Shown here one piece after another: positions 19,599 to 26,720 of a DNA stretch of 64,000 nucleotides. The notes beneath the pieces were generated by a model. It was not told the origin of the DNA and ran no database searches. It saw only the letters and a list, made by a program, of their open reading frames with translations. The first letter of the stretch is position 1; the number at the start of each line of letters is the position of its first letter. A program made the position numbers and the translations under genes. Source of the DNA: an uncultured Chromatiales bacterium (GTDB taxonomy: Bacteria; Bacteroidota; Ignavibacteria; SZUA-365); contig CAYUWG010000013.1 of assembly GCA_964448285.1 (NCBI GenBank), positions 10,970-74,969 on the forward strand, in the 5' to 3' direction.

Positions 19599-20904
19599 GC
19601 AGTCCTGATGTTGGCTGAATAATAGTGAAGGCGAGAAACTTGTCCTTGTATTTGTAAGTGCGAACAACGTCAACGTTAACGAAGCCTGACTTGATCAAGT
19701 GTGCGTTCAGGAATGTCTTATTCTTGAGGTAAACGTAGGACAACAGAATCCCGTTCTCGTCATGTTTGTCCTTGTCGAATCTCAGGAAGACCCTCTGACC
19801 CTTCATCTTGGAATTCAGGAACTCCATAGCCTCTTCTCGACGTCTTGGCTCTTCGGCTACTCCAATAAGCCTGATCGTAAGCCCGTTGTTGAGTTTGAGA
19901 AGTTCAGGGCTGAGGATCTCCGTTACGTTATACAACTCGGCTCTTTCTCCATTATCGCCGTTCTCGATCTTCGAGCCGAACTTCAGCTTTCGAGGATCAA
20001 CCTTCTTGTCCAACTCGTGCGGGTCAGTAAACCTGTATGGAAGGGATTCAATGTCCTTGTCTAAGTTCTCGTGTGCCTGTTGTTGAGTAACGAAATCACA
20101 GGAGGCATCACCGAATATATCATGCTGGGAAATCTTCAATTTATTCTTGATAATTGGAGCGAATGAAGGGTTTATTTCATAGCCGATGGAATTCCTGCCG
20201 AGGTTCTTTGCGGCAAGCGATGTCGTTCCGCTTCCAAGAAAAGGATCAAGGACGGTATCGCCGACGAATGAAAACATTCGAATCAATCGCCGGGGAAGTT
20301 CTTCGGGAAACATTGCTAAGTGCTTGTCTTGGCGTTCGCCAGCAAAGTTCCAGTGCCCGGCAAAATAGGTATTCCATTCGTCTGTTGTGAGTTTGGAAAG
20401 TTCCTTCATCTCTTTGCTGACTTTTGGCGGGTCACCTAACTTCTTGAATATGAGAATGAACTCGTAATCAATCTTCAGGATGCCATTTCTTGGGTAAGGA
20501 AATGAACCCATTATTGAGGCACCACCGGTCGTGTTGGTTGTCGTTACCTTTTGCCAAATAATGGCGCCCATGTAGTCCATTCCGATGGTCTCACAGAACT
20601 TAGTAATCTCCGTCCTAATCGGGATAACCTTGTAACGCCCGTAATAAACGGAGCGGGCGAACTGGTCGCCGATATTGATGCAAAGCCGGCACCCTTTATG
20701 GAGAACCCGAGAGGACTCCTTCCACACAAGATTCAGATTGTTGATATAGCTTTCGTACGTATCGTGAAAGCCTATCTGTTTCTCGTCCCCATAGTCTTTG
20801 AGTTGCCAGTACGGCGGCGAAGTGATAACAAGGTGAACGGATTCTGCTGCGATTTCTGTCATTCGCCTTGCATCGCCGATTACTATTTTGTGATGGGTGG
20901 CCAT
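19591..20904 (-). CDS. beta-class N4-cytosine/N6-adenine DNA methyltransferase fused to a C-terminal SNase-like (thermonuclease-fold) domain
   Basis: Motif IV VITSPPYWQLKDYG precedes motif I VLDPFLGSGTTSLAAKNLGRNSIGYEI (beta-class order). C-terminal ~140 aa (LTIRLIGVAEEPRRREEAMEFL...YVYLKNKTFLNAHLIKSGFV) aligns with the staphylococcal-nuclease fold. Start moved to ATG 20904 (MATHHKIVIGDARRM). Confidence 0.85.
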   Translation of the reverse strand: MATHHKIVIGDARRMTEIAAESVHLVITSPPYWQLKDYGDEKQIGFHDTYESYINNLNLVWKESSRVLHKGCRLCINIGDQFARSVYYGRYKVIPIRTEITKFCETIGMDYMGAIIWQKVTTTNTTGGASIMGSFPYPRNGILKIDYEFILIFKKLGDPPKVSKEMKELSKLTTDEWNTYFAGHWNFAGERQDKHLAMFPEELPRRLIRMFSFVGDTVLDPFLGSGTTSLAAKNLGRNSIGYEINPSFAPIIKNKLKISQHDIFGDASCDFVTQQQAHENLDKDIESLPYRFTDPHELDKKVDPRKLKFGSKIENGDNGERAELYNVTEILSPELLKLNNGLTIRLIGVAEEPRRREEAMEFLNSKMKGQRVFLRFDKDKHDENGILLSYVYLKNKTFLNAHLIKSGFVNVDVVRTYKYKDKFLAFTIIQPTSGLHA

Positions 20905-20976
20905 ACTTCCTGAACCAATGTACTGAATCTCAATCACATTTGCTGGTTCTTTGCGCAAGAGAAACGCCACCAGTTC

Positions 20977-21266
20977 ACCTAATGCTCAGCGCAAGTACGC
21001 CGCTGTTATTGCCGTTCAGGAACGATACGTCGGAAGCCGCTTCGACGCATTTCTTCGCTGTTGGAACCACAAACCAATCCGTGAGCAAATCCGTTGAGTA
21101 GCCACAACTATCCTTCCTAAGCTTCAACCAAGCCATATCAACAAGTGAGCGCCGTTGTATTCGCTGCTTTGTGCCTTGTGCCTTCTACCACAACTTTACA
21201 TTTAGCCAAACCTTCATTCAACATCGCCAATAAAACGTGCGAGCGCCGTGTTGCCGTTTGCTATGC
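20977..21266 (-). repeat. attC-like inter-cassette element A (contains an internal tandem duplication of the stop-proximal arm)
   Basis: Left end ACCTAAT is a degenerate complement of the GTTAGGT core. The body has two tandem copies of ..accacaact..catatcaacaagtgagcgccgttg... Right end GCTATGC lies 28 nt before the rsgA stop. Similar to elements B, C and D. Confidence 0.5.
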
Positions 21267-21294
21267 GCTCGTGAGCGGCGGCCGCTTAGGTCTA

Positions 21295-22371
21295 TCAAGA
21301 CGAAGGTTTTCGCTTCTTAAGCTGTTCCACTGCAGTCTTTATCATTCGCCCAAATTGCTTGTCCTTCTTGCGTCTTTCGACGTAGGTCATCTCGTGGAAT
21401 TGGGATTCCCTGATCAATTTCATGTAACTCCGATACTTAGCTTCGCTTAGAGAGCCACTCTGAACCGCCACTAAGATCGCACAACCGACTTCGACAGAGT
21501 GCGTGCAATCATTGAACCGGCAGCGGTTCGAAAGTTCGTGGATATCAGAGAAACTGTCGTCAATACCGACGCTAACGCCCATCAATCCCAGTTCCCTCAT
21601 GCCTGGAGTGTCAACCAAAAGTGCTCCGCTGTTTAGGACTGTCATCTGTCGGCGCGCCGTCGTATGTCTTCCTCTGCTATCCTTTTCACGAACGGGATTC
21701 GTTTCGAATGCCTCGCAACCGAGAAGATGATTGAGAAGTGTGGTTTTGCCCACGCCAGAGGACCCAAGCAAGCAATATGTTTTGCCATGTTGCAGAGCCT
21801 GCCTGACTCTGTCGAGGCCCGTTTCAGTTTTGCTGCTGAATGCGATGATCCTTGTATTGATTTGTGCGTCTCGGATATCTGATATCCGTTTCTCCAATTC
21901 CTCGGCGCTGATGAGATCGCTTTTGCTAAGCAAAATGACAGGCTCGACATGGCCTTCATTGACCATTACGAGATATCGCTCCAACCGGCGGAGGTTGAAA
22001 TTGAGATCGCACGATTGCATGATGAAGGCGACATCGATATTCGAAGCGATCATCTGGTATTCAACTTTGTCACCGGCGGACTTGCGACGCAAGAAGGTTC
22101 TTCTTGGGAACATGTCATGAATGATTGCGAGTGTGCCGTCATTGTGGTACTGAACGAATACCCAGTCCCCGACGCATGGGAGCTCCTGGGTTGAGTCGGC
22201 AGAATAGAGGAGCTTGCCCGTTGGCTCCGCTTGAACTTCATTGTGCTCGTCGCGAACGAGGTATCGGTCTCTATCGACTCTTGTGACGCGCGCGATAGTG
22301 CAGTCTTGTAACGCAAGCCCCGCACGTTTCTCTTCAAACCAATTATCAAATCCGAGATCTTCTAGCTGCAT
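21295..22371 (-). CDS. rsgA: ribosome small-subunit-dependent GTPase A (RsgA/YjeQ family), cassette-borne copy
   Basis: N-terminal OB fold, circularly permuted GTPase with G1 LLGSSGVGKTTLLNHLLG and VDTPG, and a C-terminal zinc finger CRFNDCTHSVEVGC. Confidence 0.85.
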   Translation of the reverse strand: MQLEDLGFDNWFEEKRAGLALQDCTIARVTRVDRDRYLVRDEHNEVQAEPTGKLLYSADSTQELPCVGDWVFVQYHNDGTLAIIHDMFPRRTFLRRKSAGDKVEYQMIASNIDVAFIMQSCDLNFNLRRLERYLVMVNEGHVEPVILLSKSDLISAEELEKRISDIRDAQINTRIIAFSSKTETGLDRVRQALQHGKTYCLLGSSGVGKTTLLNHLLGCEAFETNPVREKDSRGRHTTARRQMTVLNSGALLVDTPGMRELGLMGVSVGIDDSFSDIHELSNRCRFNDCTHSVEVGCAILVAVQSGSLSEAKYRSYMKLIRESQFHEMTYVERRKKDKQFGRMIKTAVEQLKKRKPSS

Positions 22372-22416
22372 TTGGTGTCCTAAGTATAGTCAGTAAACAA
22401 GGCCGCTGCCCATGGC

Positions 22417-22619
22417 GCCTAACATTTAGCGCAAGGACGCCACTGTTTTTGCCTTTCAGAAATGCCGCGCACGGAGCCGCTATCAATAGACTAATTTCTT
22501 GCGGCGAAGTGCGCATACCAACTTGCGGCAAAAACCGTTGAGCGACCACAACTATTTTTCCCCACAGCTTTAACTGAGCCATATAAACAAATGGGGCGGC
22601 GTGGTTACGCCTGTTATAC
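22417..22619 (-). repeat. attC-like inter-cassette element B
   Basis: Plus strand begins GCCTAAC (complement of the canonical core GTTAGGC) 45 nt upstream of the rsgA ATG and ends GTTATAC 28 nt before the peptidase stop. The arms are mutually complementary (gcgcaaggacgcc / ggcgtggttacgc). Confidence 0.55.
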
Positions 22620-22646
22620 GAAAAATGCCACAAAGCCTTTCTCATT

Positions 22647-24065
22647 CTAATAGCGTTTCACGATGTCATCAATGGAGACTCCTTCAATCAGGAGTTGAGA
22701 AGATTCTATTCCATAGATCCACTCTTGGAAGAAATCACGAAGATCCCGGCTCGAGACGCGCTCGCAAAGTTTATAAAACTCTTGAAAGTTGATGACGCGA
22801 CCTTTGAACTCCAGAAGCATGGTTCGAATGATCGTCCTAAAGGTGCTTTCTCCAACGAGGCGATACAAAACATACAGGGACCAGGCGCCCTTCGTGTACG
22901 AATGCCTGCCGAGTTCTTTCGCCCCGTAGCCGGCAATCGGCGTTTCAAAAACTTGTCGGTCATACTCCGCCCATCGCACAAAGAGATCTCGACTCTTTTC
23001 CATGTCTTCCTCAAAAGCTGCCTCACCGCGAAATGCCCGGATTGCCAGAGCCTCAAAAAACGTCGCAAACGCCTCGTCGAAGTACCGACACCGCTGCACA
23101 TCTGCCGACGGTGTCGCATTCCATGAGTGTCCGATCTCGTGATAGGCTTCGGAAATTCTCGTACTGTCTTTGAATGCGGCCGCCGTTTGCAGGAAGTAGT
23201 AGTCGCTGGCTTGCGAACCCCATCCATCCGGAATTTCTATAATGGAATATCCCTTGAAGCTTTCGGGTAAGCCGAACATTTCGCTATAGAGCTTGATGAC
23301 GTCTTTCGAGGCGTTCATGACTAACCTCGCTCCGATGCTGTCCTCAGGCAGGTGATACACAACGAGTTGATCGGTCGGATTACTCAGAACTGTGAACTTT
23401 GCCACGGCAACGTCGATGCGCCACGTTGGTATCTTGCTTCGGAATACGAACGTTGCATTCTCTGAGTCGATCTGTGAATCGACCAACTCTCCCCCGCAGG
23501 CCGCACGGTAATCCGCCGGAACGGTTGCGGTTACTTCGTATGTGAATTTCGTGTCATTGGACGCTAAGGTACTGGCGAATGTCGGCTTGGCAAGGATCGG
23601 ATAGGCAAACGCGTCGGGACGTAGTAGAGAGTAGTTCTCATCTATCCGGTCCCTAACGTATGCCATCACTTCCGGATATCCGAAGATGAATCCATCGTAT
23701 TCCAAGACAACGGTCGTCGTGTCGTTAGGTCGAAGCGGAGTACGAAGGTTGACGATAACTTCTCTGGCCTGAAGAGAAGGTTCATCACGAAGTTGACCGA
23801 TATCCTGTTTGAAGTGGAGCGGTGTGCCGGTGCGATCGCTTACCTGTTTAACTTCAAGCAATCGGTACAGCAGAAAGGGGAGTTGCGCGTGTGGCTGATC
23901 GGTGATATTGCGTATTGAAAGCGTTGCCAAAATGGAGACGCGCTGCTCTCTGAGGTGAAATTGCACATTGAGTTTGTAGTGCACAACGGCAGGAAGGTCT
24001 GAAGCAGTCGCCGAAGTCATTTCGCAAAGAGAAACAAGTACAGTGATAAGGAATAGCCTTCTCAT
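22647..24065 (-). CDS. secreted M1-family-like gluzincin metallopeptidase
   Basis: Signal peptide MRRLFLITVLVSLCEMTSATA. HEIGHSWN...(18 aa)...E zinc-binding HExxH-x18-E motif. Start taken at ATG 24065 with an aaaggag RBS; the track start 24095 is TTG. Confidence 0.7.
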   Translation of the reverse strand: MRRLFLITVLVSLCEMTSATASDLPAVVHYKLNVQFHLREQRVSILATLSIRNITDQPHAQLPFLLYRLLEVKQVSDRTGTPLHFKQDIGQLRDEPSLQAREVIVNLRTPLRPNDTTTVVLEYDGFIFGYPEVMAYVRDRIDENYSLLRPDAFAYPILAKPTFASTLASNDTKFTYEVTATVPADYRAACGGELVDSQIDSENATFVFRSKIPTWRIDVAVAKFTVLSNPTDQLVVYHLPEDSIGARLVMNASKDVIKLYSEMFGLPESFKGYSIIEIPDGWGSQASDYYFLQTAAAFKDSTRISEAYHEIGHSWNATPSADVQRCRYFDEAFATFFEALAIRAFRGEAAFEEDMEKSRDLFVRWAEYDRQVFETPIAGYGAKELGRHSYTKGAWSLYVLYRLVGESTFRTIIRTMLLEFKGRVINFQEFYKLCERVSSRDLRDFFQEWIYGIESSQLLIEGVSIDDIVKRY

Positions 24066-24099
24066 GTGTCGGGCTCCTTTCGTGTCAATTTTCAAATGA

Positions 24100-24295
24100 C
24101 GTTTGCAGCAACAACGTAGCGGTTTATGCCGCTCAAAGATGAGCGCCGAAGGGAGCTATCAAAGGACCAATTCTCGGCGCGCGTAGGCGCAAGACCAACA
24201 CGCGGCAATAACAATGGATAGACCACAACGACCTTTTCCATAGCCTTAACTGCGCCCTATCAACAAAGGGAGCGCCGGTGTTACTGCTGTTATGC
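24100..24295 (-). repeat. attC-like inter-cassette element C (core-proximal 7-mer apparently deleted)
   Basis: Right end GTTATGC (24289-24295) contains the TAA stop of the HNH gene on the opposite strand. The body is similar to element B. At the left end, the cataacgt found at the same position in element D is missing (aatgacg---tttgcagc). Confidence 0.5.
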
Positions 24296-25189
24296 GTTCG
24301 TTGGTTTGCCGCGCTTCTTCCATTGTTCCTTCTTGAGCCTCTTCTCGAGTCTCTTGTGGCATCTGTCGTGTAAAAGGATAGCATGTGTAAGATCGTCAGT
24401 CTTACCACCTTTGGCGTGCGGAATGATGTGATGTGATGACGAATCACCAAATCGCATCTGTTTGCCGCATTCGCCACACAGTCCATTTTGGCGAAAAAAA
24501 AGAAGTCGTTTTTGCTCAGCATCATGCAGTCGGTCGGGGTCCCTGACAATAATGGGGTGAAGCCTTTTGAATTCTTCTATCATGATCCCAAGGCGATTTG
24601 TCAATGACTCAGAAGTTGTCAAGATTTTCGACTCTTGCTTGAACTGCTTATATCGTGAGAACAATTTTTTGGTCATGCCAGGTGGTGGGTCAACCTCGTA
24701 GAGCGAGAAGCTATTAAGGTTTCTTAGAAATTCCTTGCCAAATTCGAACAACTCATTTAACAACTGTGAATTGTCAGCACGCTGCTTTCTGAGCCATGAT
24801 ACAAGCAGATAGAAAGCAATCGATTCCCTGGGTGAGAAGGCCGTAAGCATCAGGTTGAGAGATGAATGAAGAACATCTAGATTGCCGATGAAGGCTTTGA
24901 CCTTCTTTGCAGGAATCTTCTTTTGGTATGACTTGACCCCCTTGACAAGCGTGTGGAGTTCTAGGTCAGGGAAGACTCTTCTTTGAAAATCACCTTCAAG
25001 TTCGATTAGCAGCATCTCGGCGGCAAGTTGTCTCCACCTGAATCGTTTGTCTTTTCCAAGAAGTGTAAAGAACTTATGTGTCTCACGGGTGTTCTTAAAG
25101 GTATCTTTGAATAGACCGCGATGAGCGCTGATCTTTTCTGCCTTGTTAAGTGGTGTGCCTTCCCTGTAAGCGTAGAAAGGTTTGAACAA
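24290..25189 (-). CDS. HNH endonuclease domain protein (DUF1524-like), C-terminal half of a GmrSD-like type IV restriction module
   Basis: GLCGECGKQMRFGDSSSHHIIPHAKGGKTDDLTHAILLHDRCHKRLEKR is an HNH motif. Overlaps the upstream DUF262 ORF by 44 nt in another frame. Confidence 0.7.
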   Translation of the reverse strand: MFKPFYAYREGTPLNKAEKISAHRGLFKDTFKNTRETHKFFTLLGKDKRFRWRQLAAEMLLIELEGDFQRRVFPDLELHTLVKGVKSYQKKIPAKKVKAFIGNLDVLHSSLNLMLTAFSPRESIAFYLLVSWLRKQRADNSQLLNELFEFGKEFLRNLNSFSLYEVDPPPGMTKKLFSRYKQFKQESKILTTSESLTNRLGIMIEEFKRLHPIIVRDPDRLHDAEQKRLLFFRQNGLCGECGKQMRFGDSSSHHIIPHAKGGKTDDLTHAILLHDRCHKRLEKRLKKEQWKKRGKPTNA

Positions 25190-25589
25190 TGTCTTCTTCC
25201 TTGCTCTCTGGATCGTGACTTTTCAGCTTCAAGTAGAATACGCAGTATGCGTCAAGTAGAGTCTTGTCTGGAAAGTCTAGATGAGAGTACTTGGTAATGT
25301 CCGTATCATCAAGGTCGAGTTTATCCAATAGGTAGTTATGGATAGCGAGTAGTCTCTGTTGACCGTCCAAAACCTCATACTGGCCGTGTTCGTTCACAAA
25401 AAGGACAAGGACACCTATGGAATAACGATTAATGATGGACCTGATAAGCTCGATTTTCTGGGAGTGTTTCCAAATATCCCCCCGCTGGTACTCCTGGTTG
25501 ATGAAAATCTTTCCGGCGTCGAACAACTTTGGGATTTGGGCAAGGACGAACTTGTCAAAGTGTATGTCAGGAACAGTTTGTTTAGGCAT
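25146..25589 (-). CDS. DUF262 (ParB-like nuclease fold) protein, N-terminal half of a GmrSD-like module
   Basis: Conserved VLDGQQRLLAIHNYL (the DGQQR motif of DUF262). 147 aa, shorter than a complete DUF262 domain. Confidence 0.7.
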   Translation of the reverse strand: MPKQTVPDIHFDKFVLAQIPKLFDAGKIFINQEYQRGDIWKHSQKIELIRSIINRYSIGVLVLFVNEHGQYEVLDGQQRLLAIHNYLLDKLDLDDTDITKYSHLDFPDKTLLDAYCVFYLKLKSHDPESKEEDIVQTFLRLQGRHTT

Positions 25590-25628
25590 AGTTCCTCAGT
25601 AGTCTAAGTCAAGCGGCAAACCAATGAC

Positions 25629-25755
25629 GCATAACGTTTTGCAGCTACCCGAAGGTTTTAGAAGCACTAAACTGTCAATCTGCACTAAAGCTGAATAGAA
25701 GCACGAACCTTCAATTAACCACGTCACCGCCACTTTTGGGTAGGTGCTGTTATGT
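25629..25755 (-). repeat. attC-like inter-cassette element D (127 bp, best-preserved palindrome)
   Basis: Plus strand GCATAACgttttgcagCTACCCgaagg ... GGGTAGgtgctGTTATGT. The arms are reverse-complementary (L'/L'' gcagctaccc / gggtaggtgctg). It ends 12 nt before the stop of the 153-aa gene and 39 nt before the DUF262 ATG. Confidence 0.55.
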
Positions 25756-25768
25756 GTAGTTTTTCTTG

Positions 25769-26185
25769 TCATTCGTCAATCTGAATTTCATAGGTCTTAC
25801 CATCTTCTCCATATACTGTTGCAGTACCATCTTCATCAATATCAGCATATGAAATATGGTCTTCGTTTAAGTAGCCGTCATTTGGGAAGTTAATTTGAAC
25901 GACTTGACAGTCTTGAACATCAACGTCAAGCGTGTATGTTGCAGAGTATCCTGTTTCAGGATTATTGTAGTCGACAGTTGCTGAATAAGTTCCATCTTCA
26001 AATTTACAGTCTGATTTATACTCACTTGTTCCATCGCTCTCATCATTATTTTCATCTTCATAATCAGACGAATTTGAATATGAACTTGAATTATCGCTTC
26101 TTTTTTTGTTCTCCGATTTCGAGGAGCAAGAAGACATTTGACTAATTAAAGTCAGAAAGCAAATAAAAATTATTGTCTGTTTCAT
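25769..26185 (-). CDS. small acidic lipoprotein (hypothetical)
   Basis: Signal peptide MKQTIIFICFLTLISQMSSCSS (lipobox). D/E/S-rich mature region. Gene is AT-rich. Start chosen at the internal ATG that begins the signal peptide. Confidence 0.5.
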   Translation of the reverse strand: MKQTIIFICFLTLISQMSSCSSKSENKKRSDNSSSYSNSSDYEDENNDESDGTSEYKSDCKFEDGTYSATVDYNNPETGYSATYTLDVDVQDCQVVQINFPNDGYLNEDHISYADIDEDGTATVYGEDGKTYEIQIDE

Positions 26186-26192
26186 AAATATA

Positions 26193-26615
26193 TTATTCAA
26201 ATATTTTGTCATACCATTTGGATACGTCATCCCTTATTAAATCGTAATACTTGTAAATTATTAATGCTAAGTCGAAGTCAGCACGTTTGGCTTTATACTC
26301 GTTTACTGTAAAGTATCCATAAAAATTACCTTCTTTGTCAACAACAACAGGCGGATTAGTCCCATAAGCATTCCAAGGCGAATTTGAATTATATTCATTG
26401 CCATATGTTCCGTATTCATTCCAAATGGATTTTGAATTATAGCTATTTCCATAGGTTCCATATTCGTTCCATATAGAATTATTATCATAGCTATTGCAAT
26501 TTAAGCAACCAAGATATTCATCGTGATTCTGTCCGCCATATAAGTGCAAAGTTTGAGCATACGTTGTTGTCTCAAAAGCAACAATTAGAAAAAGAAAAAA
26601 AAGTGTTTTGTTCAT
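26193..26615 (-). CDS. small secreted protein with SIWNEYGTYGN tandem peptide repeats (hypothetical)
   Basis: Signal peptide MNKTLFFLFLIVAFETTTYAQ. Three tandem repeats SIWNEYGTYGN(S/E)YNS. AT-rich. Start at the internal ATG. Confidence 0.5.
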   Translation of the reverse strand: MNKTLFFLFLIVAFETTTYAQTLHLYGGQNHDEYLGCLNCNSYDNNSIWNEYGTYGNSYNSKSIWNEYGTYGNEYNSNSPWNAYGTNPPVVVDKEGNFYGYFTVNEYKAKRADFDLALIIYKYYDLIRDDVSKWYDKIFE

Positions 26616-26700
26616 ATTCTTTCGTTTTACTGGTTCGTTAAAATTACACATAACTACCGTAAGTACGAACACCTTCGCATATACTGCCAATATAGGCGGA

Positions 26701-26720
26701 TAAACGAACATGTTCGTTTA
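26701..26720. repeat. perfect 20-bp palindrome TAAACGAACATGTTCGTTTA overlapping the intI-fragment stop codon
   Basis: Read directly from sequence: 9-bp arms and a 2-nt centre. Located between the recombinase fragment and the first cassette. Candidate recombinase-binding/attI-like site or terminator hairpin. Confidence 0.5.

Noticed and set aside
20905-25768. Conserved intergenic elements interpreted simply as a duplicated promoter/RBS or REP-type element
   Set aside because: The elements do contain the RBS of the downstream gene. However, they also show attC-like symmetry, complementary 7-bp ends (GTTAGGC/GCATAAC type), overlap with stop codons, co-directional cargo and an adjacent IntI-like remnant. 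These fit integron cassettes better. The promoter/REP explanation is kept only as the alternative that would refute the finding.
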